From positions 64,001 through 128,000 of the IMG/VR virus record IMGVR_UViG_3300046779_001841: a stretch of DNA of 64,000 bases; one strand, 5' to 3'. The position numbers were made by a program, and so were the translations under genes. The notes beneath the pieces are model-generated. The model searched no databases. It worked only from the letters and a program-made list of their open reading frames with translations, and had not been told where the DNA came from. The stretch is from a virus. Its lineage: Duplodnaviria; Caudoviricetes. Each line of letters opens with the position of its first letter. The first letter of the stretch is position 1. Below, in pieces: positions 55,421 through 64,000 of this stretch.

Positions 55421-55468
55421 TTGCAAAGACTGCAAATCGTCAAGTGTTATAGATATGTCAGTAATGAC
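55421..55468 (+). promoter_or_regulatory. Repeated promoter/hairpin element
   Basis: TTGCAA-N15-AAGTGTTATA-N5-GTCAgtaaTGAC. Confidence 0.8.
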
Positions 55469-55496
55469 TAAACCAAAAAAACAAAGGAAACAAAAA

Positions 55497-55850
55497 ATGC
55501 AAACCACTCAAGGACAAAATATGCAAGATTTACTCAATACAGAAACTTGGAATGATGATCAATTATTTCAAGCTACCAAAATGCTTTACACTCACTTAAA
55601 TGAAAGCAAGATTAATTTAAAGTATGGTTGGAAAGCAGGCTCTTGGTATCAAGATTATGAAAATTGTATCAAAACCAAAAATCAAAGATATGATATTGGT
55701 GTCTATGAAAATCATAACATTTGGTTCAAGATTTATGTAAATGATCAACCTGAAGATTTTGAAAGCAATTACAAATGGGAAGATTTAATGAACAATCCAC
55801 AAATTGTTGTTGATGAATTTGTTGCTCTTAAAAGATCTGTTGGTAGATAA
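55497..55850 (+). CDS. Hypothetical protein (start MQTT)
   Basis: SD AAAGGA before ATG 55497. Confidence 0.68.
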   Translation: MQTTQGQNMQDLLNTETWNDDQLFQATKMLYTHLNESKINLKYGWKAGSWYQDYENCIKTKNQRYDIGVYENHNIWFKIYVNDQPEDFESNYKWEDLMNNPQIVVDEFVALKRSVGR

Positions 55851-55904
55851 ATTGCTTCTGCAGCAAAGACTGCTCAACCATAAAACAAAAAAGGAAAAAT
55901 CCAA

Positions 55905-56159
55905 ATGCCAGTTATTCTCTATAATGTAGATGGTTCTAAATCTTTAATCCAACTTTCATCTTTTAAAGATGCTCAAAATATTGTTGGTGGTTTAGTTGAA
56001 CCTGTTTATCTTTCTTCTACTCAACTTCTTCTCTGTAATGAAGAAGGTAGGTTATTAAATCTACCTGCAAATCCTTTTCATACTGATCTTTTTGGTAATC
56101 TCATTCTTATCTCTAATGATGATTTTAGAAAACTACCATATACAAATACAAAGGAATAA
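55905..56159 (+). CDS. DUF3846-like small phage protein
   Basis: AQNIVGGLVEPV…LCNEEGRLLNLPANP…LFGNLIL. Confidence 0.7.
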   Translation: MPVILYNVDGSKSLIQLSSFKDAQNIVGGLVEPVYLSSTQLLLCNEEGRLLNLPANPFHTDLFGNLILISNDDFRKLPYTNTKE

Positions 56160-56165
56160 TCTACC

Positions 56166-56627
56166 ATGCTTAAAACTCTCAATAAATCTTTTCCTGCTTT
56201 AGCTACTAAAGCTACCATTGAAATCCTACCAATCACTTTGGATAATCTCAATCACTTCTATCAACAAGATTTAAAAACTCTTGCTGAATTTATTGATACT
56301 CCACCTAAACTTTTACTCTATCCTTCTTTTGAGAATGAAAAATATTCTCTTGATGATGCTAATGCTATTCTTTCTGTTTTACTCCAGTCTATTCATCTCA
56401 AATATGAATACTACTTGAATAGCATTAACTCTTTAACTCCTACCCATAATACTTCTTACTTTTCTGACCCTGATGATAATCTTTATCTTCTTGGTGTGAT
56501 TTCTAAAGAACATTTACTCCAACCTGTTTCTCTTTCTCATAATGTCACTAGACTTAATTGTCTTTTTCTTTCTATCATTCCTAATCTCAAACTCTTTTTA
56601 CCTTTAGTTAGGCTCTATAAAATCTAA
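56166..56627 (+). CDS. Hypothetical protein
   Basis: SD AAAGGA. Confidence 0.6.
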   Translation: MLKTLNKSFPALATKATIEILPITLDNLNHFYQQDLKTLAEFIDTPPKLLLYPSFENEKYSLDDANAILSVLLQSIHLKYEYYLNSINSLTPTHNTSYFSDPDDNLYLLGVISKEHLLQPVSLSHNVTRLNCLFLSIIPNLKLFLPLVRLYKI

Positions 56628-56836
56628 TTTCTTTTTATTTACTTTATTTATTCTCATTTTCACCATTCTCAATTATTTCAATCACTTAGTTAAACTTTTT
56701 CCCATACAGATATACTTCGCAAAAATCCATTATTCTGTTTATTCACTTTAGTTTCTAAAAACTATTTCAATTTTACTTTTTTATTTTTCTTTTTCAATGC
56801 ACGCTTATCAGTTTTCTCATACAGAAAGCATACACA

Positions 56837-56862
56837 CACATTACACTAAAAAGTGTGATGTA
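56837..56862. terminator. Hairpin between convergent genes (possible bidirectional terminator or origin element)
   Basis: ACATTACACT-AAAA-AGTGTGATGT, a 10-bp stem with one G-T pair; also TACACACA…TGTGTGTA inverted repeat. Confidence 0.4.
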
Positions 56863-56914
56863 GATAAACTATAAGAACTACCAGATATGTGTGTAAAAGA
56901 AAAACAAAAAGAAA

Positions 56915-59900
56915 CTACTTTAAAGTCCCATAAATTTTATTAGTTCGGATATTTAACCAGTAGTTTCGATCAGATCTAAGATTATTGGCATCAATAGTAT
57001 CTTCAAGAAAAGACTTTAAAGCACTAGGTAAGTCAGTAAGATAACCATCTAAAATTAAGAAAGGATCTTCAATATAATATCGTCTATCTAAAATAGAAAG
57101 TCGTTGAGCAGTAGGTGTGTATGGTAGAGTATCTACATTACCAATAACAGATAAGAATTGAGGATTAGTGATAGTAGTAGTATCGTCTATACCTAAAACA
57201 TCAGGATCAGAAGAAGATTGATAACCAGCATTAAAGAAATCTTGCCATGTAGAAAGATAAGGTTTAGAAGCATATAAAGAAGAAAGATTATATACATAAG
57301 ACATAAGTCGTTCATAGAGAAGATAAACAATAAGAGAAAGGTCTTTATTGTTAAGAGAAAGAATAGACCATTGTTGAATAGGAATATCAATAGTAGGAAT
57401 AAGATCAAAAGAGTAGTCTGTAGGATAAGCATTATCATAAATAAGATAATCAGTACCAATAACAGGATCTAAAGTTAAGATACGAGTATTGGTATCAATA
57501 TCAGTGATAAGATAAAGACCACGATTATCATCAAGAGTAGGATGAGTGGTAGAAGATCTAGCTTCACCTAATTCATTAGGATAAACAAAAAGATATTGAT
57601 CAGTTTGAATAGTGTCTATGTCAATAGATAAAGGCAAGATGAATTGATTAGTATTAAGAACAGAAACAGTATCAGTATATGTAGAAGAGAGAGAAGTAAT
57701 AAGAGAATTATTGATAAGTTGGATAAGAGATTGTTCAATAGGTTTATGATCTTGTTTAAAAGAATAATAAGTGTAGGATGCAGATAAAGAAACAGAATGG
57801 TCAAAGATAAGAGCAGTAAAAGATGTGGATAAGATTTCAGTGATACGAGCAAAAGGAGTATCTTGGTAGTAGAGAATATCACCAATAGAAAGAGCATCAA
57901 TATTGGATGGGTTATTGAAAGAAGTTAAGAAAGGATTAATGATGGAAAGAGAAGAAGGTTTAGTTTCAATTCGGAGATAGAAATTTTTAATGTAATCAGC
58001 TTGGAAAGAAGAAAATTTTTGGTCAAATCGTCTGGATCGTCTGATAGAGAAAGAAACAGGTAGAGTGAGATTGTTAGGTAAAGTTGGGAAAGTTGGGAAA
58101 AGATAAGTGTTGATGTTATTAAGATAGTTAGTGGAAAGAGTAGAAGTATTATCAACAGAGAGATTTGCATTGAGAAGAGCAGGAGCAGTAGTGTTAAGTT
58201 TAATAGCAGGAGTTTGGATAGAATAAGTAAGTGTGCAAGTGGTAATATGAGATCTAAGAAAGAGAGTATAAGGTTGTGGAATAGTGATATTGAATTGGAT
58301 TTTATTATTAGACAAAGTAACATTATCATTAAAAGACATGGTGTGATTTTGAATAGTGGCATCATTATCAAAAGGAAAAGAAGAAGAAAAGTTATCAAAA
58401 GGAACAATAGTTTGACCAGTGATATAACCAGAAGAAAGAGTTATAGGAGTAACGATAGGAGTGGCAGTATTAGTCGCATAGTCATAAGAAGAGATAGAAG
58501 AAAGAGAGATGATATTAGTGGATGGGTTGTAGCTGGAATAAGTGCATTTATAGATAGTAGAATCTGCATCAATTTGGATAAAGATGATAGGATTAGTGAA
58601 AGAAGAAGTATCAAAAGTATCAATTAAAGAGATTTGAGAATTAGTAGCAGATGAGAAAGTTGGGAAAGAAGGATTGAGATTGATGTTAATGGTAGGATTA
58701 AGAGCAGTTTCTTGGACGATACCGATAAGAGAAATACCATTAAAGAAGACAAGATCATTAGGAAGAACATTATCAATAGTGTTGGAAATATTAAAAAGAG
58801 TGGCATAATAATCTGAATTAGAAGAATGGTGGAAATAAGCAGTGTAGTTAGAAGGTAGGTTAGAAATCTGATCGACTTTAGCAGAAGTGAAAAGGTTGCC
58901 AGAAATATTATCATAAGATAAAGGAGTGTTGCCTTTACCAAAGAAAGAAGGAATTTTAAGAGTGTGTGTGGATGGGTTATTGTAGAAAGTGAAAGGTTGA
59001 GAAGCATTAGCAGAAAAAGAAGAATTAGAAGAAATGGATTGAGTGGATGGGGTGGATAAATTTAGATCGAAATAAGAAATATCAGTAACACCGATGATAA
59101 GTTCAGTTTGAACATTAACAGAATCAATAGTAGTATTTGTGGGTGAGAAATAAGAGAAATCGATAAAGGAGTGTGTGATAGAACAACGATCTTGATTAAT
59201 GGTAAGATTAGTATCGTAGTGGAAATCATCAAGAGAGCAGGTAAAAGGAATCATGGTATTGAAAGGAATATCAATAGAAGGGAAAATGACAGAAGTGGAT
59301 TGAAATTTAATTTCATTGATAGTGGAAAGGTCAAGGTTGCTGATATTATAGTTGGTAGGAGAAGAAATAGAAGTTTGAACAGACCAAGAACCACTATAAG
59401 AAAATCTAACACAAGAGTTTGTTATAGTGGAAGATTGGATAAATTTAAAGATGATAGGTGTTTGTTGAGTATTAAAAAGAGAAGTGAAATCGTAGTTTGA
59501 TGCGGGTGGGATAAATTTTAATCTGTATTGATAAATAGTGACTGGGAAAACAGAAATGATGGTAGGAGAGTAGACAATAAATTCTTCACCAGTAATGAAG
59601 TTTGAGATTTTGTATTCAACATTATCATTAGATTGGATATTAAGACGAGGAACAATAAGTTCGGAATCATCAGAAGATTGAAAAAAGCCATGAGTTTTAA
59701 TGATGATGAGATCATTAGTATCAGTGGGATTGATATTAGATAAAAGAATACCATTAGTGGTGTCAATATCTAAATCGAAACGAGTTTCATCTGGATAGAC
59801 AAGATTGCCAGAATATTCTTTATAGATGATAGCTTTAATATCTCTAGTGAGAGTGTTGAGAAGAAGTCTTTCTTTACCATTGATATTAGCATAAGGAATA

Positions 59901-62900
59901 GACATAAGACCAGAATCATTAAGATTAAGACCATTAAGAGCAGGTAGATCAGTGAAAGGAGAAGTGTCTGTATAGTTAAAGAAAACATCCCCTTCAAGAC
60001 ATTCATTAGGTGCAGGAGTATTTTGAGAAACAAATTCTTTAATTGGAAGATTTGGGTCGTTTAAAGAAGGATAGTTGTTATCAATGATACTACCTGTTTT
60101 ATAATTAACTTTGACATCAAAGCCAATACGATATTCAAAGAGAGTAGGAGTTTCATTATCAATATCACCACCAGATAAATTTTGGATGATAGTTTGACCA
60201 AATTGTGCAGATAAAGAAGTTTCATTGATGATAGGATTAGTGGTATTCAAGACAACATAGCAACCATTAATAATATCATCAACTTTAGCATTGCGATAAT
60301 CAAAAGAAGTTAAACTGACAATATAATCATTTCTATCTTTAATGGATGTGAAAGAATTATTATCATTACTGATAGCGAGTAAATTGCCTATACTTAGTGG
60401 TGGGATAACAAGATTTGGATTGCCAGATTCAACAGAAAAAGTGCTACCATTTGGATTAGCAGAATGAATAAGTTCATCAGTGTTTGGAAGTCCAGTGTCA
60501 ATATCAATAGGAAAGTCATTTAAAGGCACAGATGAGAGAATGAAAGTAGGATTAGTAGAGATACCATCATAACCAGTGGATGAGTAATCATAGACGAAAT
60601 AAGCACCAGATCGTTTACGAATAGTAAGAGAAGAAATATTGGTGATAGGATTGATGAGTGGATTAGAAACAGAACCTATTCGTTTGCCATAGGTATCAAG
60701 AAAATTGAAATCACCATCAGCGAGGAAATATGCAGATTGCATTTGTTCTGGATAAAGTCTTGAAAAGACACTATCTTTAGCCATAGATTTCCAAACGAAA
60801 AAGATTTGTGCATTGATACCTATAAAAAAGAAATTAGAAATGGTTTTAACATCAGTAAAAACAAGATCATCAATTTGATTATAGATGATAGATTTTTGTT
60901 GTTTGATAAGAGTATCAATTTGACTAGCAGTGAGAAAAGAACCACCAGAAAGATTTCCACTAACAGGGTCGTATGTTACAGATGATTTAATTGGGTCTGT
61001 AGGTAAAAGATAAGTGTTTGGATTTTGAGTATTAAGAATTTCCAGAGCAACATATCTAGGATTTAATTGTCTAGTGAGTGGATCTTCTAAACCTGCACCA
61101 AAATAATCAGAAGATGCTTGGATGATTTCAAATTTAAAAGAACCATCTTGATCACCAACAGAACGATCAAGATCAAGATTTTCAAGATTAGTAATGATTT
61201 GATTTATATCAGATAAGTTTTTACGAGCAATAACATCTTTAGCAAGGTCATCATAAATACCTAAACCAACACCTTTAGGAGTATCAGTAAAAGATTTAGA
61301 TCGACCATTAGTAGTAGATGTGTTCGCATTAAAATTGATTTCAGTTTCATATTCGTCTTGTTCGACTACTCTTAGATAAAATTGATCTTGAGCATTGATA
61401 ACACATTTAGCAAAAAGTTTTTTGCCAGTGTATGGTGATTCGATATATTGATTGAAATTTGCTTTATATGTAGGATAGATCAAACGACCATTGGAAAGAA
61501 AAGGACTTAGGCTTTGTGGTCTAGTATGAAAGAAGAAATAAGAGATACTAGGTTGGATAGAGTGGTTAAGATTTAATTGGATTTCACCAGTGATTTCATT
61601 GATCGAGTAGTCATAATTGACAACTAATTCATTACCGATAGCAACACCAAAATCTGTTTGAAGATATTTAATGAGTTTGTAGTCTTTATCTGATAAGAAA
61701 GGTTTGCCATAAATGATAGTATCACCTTGATTATATACGGGTCTAGCACTAAGAGTGATAACAGGTTCGCTACTAACATCAATACTCAAGACACTGGTAA
61801 AAGTAATAATGGTGCGAGTGGAATCATCAGAAAGTTTGATAGATTTAACTTGATAGCAATCAGTATCTAAAAACATCAGTGTATTTACTTGGATAAAAGA
61901 AGTAAGATCTTCACTAATAGTAATGGTGCTTGATAATGGTTTGGCATTAATGACATGATCTGGATTGCCAGTCAAAGAACTTAAAGCAATAAAGATATTT
62001 TCATTGGAAAGAACATAGATTTTAGGATCATCACTAGGAGATCTTGCACCACTATCAAATTTAGCTGGATTATCAAAAGTTACAGTGGTTTTACCATTGG
62101 CAAAGGTAGCAGTATCTACAACAAAAAATTCGGATGCAGATTTAATAACAGAATTTGATTTGACAATATCAGTAAAGTTGCCATGCAGGATTAAAGAAGA
62201 ACTACCTTTAGAGATTTGCAATAAAGGAAGCCATATAGGATTAACAACTTTAATTGTGTATTCACCACCAACAGATTGTTTAACAGAATATGAGATTTTG
62301 ACTGTGTAGTCATTAGTGTTCGCAGTGGGTAGAGAAAGGATATTTGTAGTGTAATCAAAAGTTGCTGGATCTGAACCAAAAATACCTACAATTTCAGCAC
62401 CTACATAAACTTGTGGAGTAACAGTTTGTTCGATAGTGTAGAGATTTGGATTAAAGCTATATTTAGATGATGAAATTTTGGTTGTTGTTTCATTTTGGAT
62501 AGTGAAAAGAATAGGTTCAACAATTTGAGTGTTTTCATCAGTGTAGTATTCGACTTCAATACCAACACCTTTATCTAAAGGAGATAAGAAAGAGATATTA
62601 CCACCAGTGGTTTCAACAACATAATCATTGGTAGAAATTTCTTCAATGATGTATGCAGGTTTAGATGAGTAAAATTCGCTTGTTGTTTCAGATGAGATCA
62701 ACACTTCAATATTTTCATAAGCCAAAGGAATGAAAATGACATCACCTGTAAGAGATGTTAATGCAGATGATAAAGTGATTTCACCAGTGATGCTATCAAT
62801 AGAAACATCTTGATTAGTATCATCAAAAACAGGTGTGTATAAAGTGTTATCATTACCTACACGAATTTTAAATTCTAAAGCTAAAACTCTTGCATTGGTA

Positions 62901-64000
62901 ATATCAACAAAACATTGATCTGTTGTTAAACCTAAACTTTCATCTTTAAGAACAAGAATATCAGTTTCAGTATTATTAGTGTATCTACCTTTTAAATTGA
63001 CTTCACTAGAACATTTAGCAGTGATGATTTCTTTAAGAGTGCTTGTACCAACAGTATGGATTTTTTTAACTTTAAGAAAAGACTTAACATTATTAAGAGA
63101 AATAAAACATTCAGATGTTAAGAGAGTAGGATCAGGTTCGGAATAACCTTTATATGCTTTCCATGTAGTATCAGTAGGTGTGCTGGATAAAGTGAGTGTA
63201 TCGTTATCTACACTAAGAACTTTAAAGAAATCAGAACCTGTTTGTATCCAATCATTAGTCAAAACAGATTGGTTGTCTTGAACAGTGTATTCATTACCAT
63301 TAATGGTAGCATTATAACCTTGTTCGATTTGTTTGGAATATCGAGTAAAGTATCTTGCGAAACCAGAAATATTGGTATCAAAAGTTTCATTCTCAACAAG
63401 AGTGGTTGAGATTTTATCTTTAGTGACAATAATGGTGGATGATTGATCGACTACACCAGGTTCAAGATCCAGAATATTGGTAGGTGTGTCAATTCGTCTA
63501 GTGCGTGTGATATTTCTAATCCAAGCGAATTTGTTTTCATTAAACAAGTGTTGAATTTCAACATCTGCAGTCAGTGTGTTTTTACCAACTTTAAAGAAAG
63601 TGTTTGCATCATAACCATCATAGTCTTCTCTTGGGATGAAGTCTAAGAAAGCATAAGTGGATTGGATAATTTCTTTGGCAACTTGAATATCATTATAAAG
63701 AATGGTGCTGGTGAAATCATAATCAGCATTATCATCATTTCTTTTTTGAAGATCAAAATAAAGACCTGTTGTTAGATACCAGTCATTAGTAATTTCTTGC
63801 GAAACAAAACCTAAAGACTGCAAAATTTCTAAATCAGATGTATCTAGGATTTGGATAGAAGAACTTGCTTTAAGAACAAGGTATCTGTTTTCTTCTTTGA
63901 GTGGTAGAATATCAAAATGATCTTGAATTTCTAATGCAGATTTAACACCAGTGAAAGTGTTGAAATTAAGATCGTAAGTATCACCATCAATAAGAAGTCT
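56915..64000 (-). CDS. Very large probable virion structural protein (baseplate or tail), truncated at the window edge (>=2361 aa)
   Basis: The frame stays open from the track start at 63823 to 64000 (RLLIDGDTYDLNFNTF…); I/T/S/D/N-rich beta-type composition. The structural call is inference. Confidence 0.7.
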   Translation of the reverse strand, partial: RLLIDGDTYDLNFNTFTGVKSALEIQDHFDILPLKEENRYLVLKASSSIQILDTSDLEILQSLGFVSQEITNDWYLTTGLYFDLQKRNDDNADYDFTSTILYNDIQVAKEIIQSTYAFLDFIPREDYDGYDANTFFKVGKNTLTADVEIQHLFNENKFAWIRNITRTRRIDTPTNILDLEPGVVDQSSTIIVTKDKISTTLVENETFDTNISGFARYFTRYSKQIEQGYNATINGNEYTVQDNQSVLTNDWIQTGSDFFKVLSVDNDTLTLSSTPTDTTWKAYKGYSEPDPTLLTSECFISLNNVKSFLKVKKIHTVGTSTLKEIITAKCSSEVNLKGRYTNNTETDILVLKDESLGLTTDQCFVDITNARVLALEFKIRVGNDNTLYTPVFDDTNQDVSIDSITGEITLSSALTSLTGDVIFIPLAYENIEVLISSETTSEFYSSKPAYIIEEISTNDYVVETTGGNISFLSPLDKGVGIEVEYYTDENTQIVEPILFTIQNETTTKISSSKYSFNPNLYTIEQTVTPQVYVGAEIVGIFGSDPATFDYTTNILSLPTANTNDYTVKISYSVKQSVGGEYTIKVVNPIWLPLLQISKGSSSLILHGNFTDIVKSNSVIKSASEFFVVDTATFANGKTTVTFDNPAKFDSGARSPSDDPKIYVLSNENIFIALSSLTGNPDHVINAKPLSSTITISEDLTSFIQVNTLMFLDTDCYQVKSIKLSDDSTRTIITFTSVLSIDVSSEPVITLSARPVYNQGDTIIYGKPFLSDKDYKLIKYLQTDFGVAIGNELVVNYDYSINEITGEIQLNLNHSIQPSISYFFFHTRPQSLSPFLSNGRLIYPTYKANFNQYIESPYTGKKLFAKCVINAQDQFYLRVVEQDEYETEINFNANTSTTNGRSKSFTDTPKGVGLGIYDDLAKDVIARKNLSDINQIITNLENLDLDRSVGDQDGSFKFEIIQASSDYFGAGLEDPLTRQLNPRYVALEILNTQNPNTYLLPTDPIKSSVTYDPVSGNLSGGSFLTASQIDTLIKQQKSIIYNQIDDLVFTDVKTISNFFFIGINAQIFFVWKSMAKDSVFSRLYPEQMQSAYFLADGDFNFLDTYGKRIGSVSNPLINPITNISSLTIRKRSGAYFVYDYSSTGYDGISTNPTFILSSVPLNDFPIDIDTGLPNTDELIHSANPNGSTFSVESGNPNLVIPPLSIGNLLAISNDNNSFTSIKDRNDYIVSLTSFDYRNAKVDDIINGCYVVLNTTNPIINETSLSAQFGQTIIQNLSGGDIDNETPTLFEYRIGFDVKVNYKTGSIIDNNYPSLNDPNLPIKEFVSQNTPAPNECLEGDVFFNYTDTSPFTDLPALNGLNLNDSGLMSIPYANINGKERLLLNTLTRDIKAIIYKEYSGNLVYPDETRFDLDIDTTNGILLSNINPTDTNDLIIIKTHGFFQSSDDSELIVPRLNIQSNDNVEYKISNFITGEEFIVYSPTIISVFPVTIYQYRLKFIPPASNYDFTSLFNTQQTPIIFKFIQSSTITNSCVRFSYSGSWSVQTSISSPTNYNISNLDLSTINEIKFQSTSVIFPSIDIPFNTMIPFTCSLDDFHYDTNLTINQDRCSITHSFIDFSYFSPTNTTIDSVNVQTELIIGVTDISYFDLNLSTPSTQSISSNSSFSANASQPFTFYNNPSTHTLKIPSFFGKGNTPLSYDNISGNLFTSAKVDQISNLPSNYTAYFHHSSNSDYYATLFNISNTIDNVLPNDLVFFNGISLIGIVQETALNPTININLNPSFPTFSSATNSQISLIDTFDTSSFTNPIIFIQIDADSTIYKCTYSSYNPSTNIISLSSISSYDYATNTATPIVTPITLSSGYITGQTIVPFDNFSSSFPFDNDATIQNHTMSFNDNVTLSNNKIQFNITIPQPYTLFLRSHITTCTLTYSIQTPAIKLNTTAPALLNANLSVDNTSTLSTNYLNNINTYLFPTFPTLPNNLTLPVSFSIRRSRRFDQKFSSFQADYIKNFYLRIETKPSSLSIINPFLTSFNNPSNIDALSIGDILYYQDTPFARITEILSTSFTALIFDHSVSLSASYTYYSFKQDHKPIEQSLIQLINNSLITSLSSTYTDTVSVLNTNQFILPLSIDIDTIQTDQYLFVYPNELGEARSSTTHPTLDDNRGLYLITDIDTNTRILTLDPVIGTDYLIYDNAYPTDYSFDLIPTIDIPIQQWSILSLNNKDLSLIVYLLYERLMSYVYNLSSLYASKPYLSTWQDFFNAGYQSSSDPDVLGIDDTTTITNPQFLSVIGNVDTLPYTPTAQRLSILDRRYYIEDPFLILDGYLTDLPSALKSFLEDTIDANNLRSDRNYWLNIRTNKIYGTLK

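Noticed and set aside
55855-55890. Additional full promoter copy before 55905
   Set aside because: Only the GCAAAGACTGC half is present and the AAGTGTTAT box is missing, so it is treated as a remnant.
1-64000. Stop-codon reassignment (alternative genetic code)
   Set aside because: Conserved enzymes and multi-kb genes are uninterrupted under code 11, and TAA, TGA and TAG all terminate genes.
1-64000. Eukaryotic giant virus (NCLDV) origin suggested by topo IB, ClpP and HDAC
   Set aside because: Bacterial SD sites, translational coupling, dnaX, NusG, OmpA and tail-fibre motifs all indicate a bacteriophage.
1-64000. tRNA or rRNA genes
   Set aside because: No cloverleaf or T-loop (GTTCRA) pattern was recognised by eye in the intergenic gaps; tRNAscan-SE would be needed to exclude them formally.

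Overview
AT-rich (about 28-30% GC by eye), gene-dense segment of a large tailed-phage (jumbo-phage-like) genome read with code 11 and AGGA(G) Shine-Dalgarno sites; it is not a cellular chromosome. Left end: three fibre-like virion genes, two duplicated zincin-motif genes, then sigma-region-4-like, NusG-like and dnaX-like genes. Next come accessory or metabolic genes: MazG-like, ClpP-like, purB, thyX, an OmpA/TSP3 outer-membrane protein and topoisomerase IB. Centre and right: a cassette-like early region in which about 20 copies of a 48-bp element (TTGCAA-N15-AAGTGTTAT-N6-GTCR-N4-YGAC) sit in front of short genes. This region includes a MoxR/CobS-type AAA+ ATPase, a vWA protein, a separate zincin/acidic protein, multi-HTH proteins, a SWIM protein, a class III nucleotide cyclase and an HDAC-family deacetylase. 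Right end: a truncated gene of at least 2361 aa, probably structural. The most striking candidate new system is at 32081-35315: an orphan NPPY adenine methyltransferase that appears to lack an internal specificity segment, followed by seven translationally coupled, diverged, free-standing copies of what looks like that segment. All family calls come from motif recognition, not database searches.
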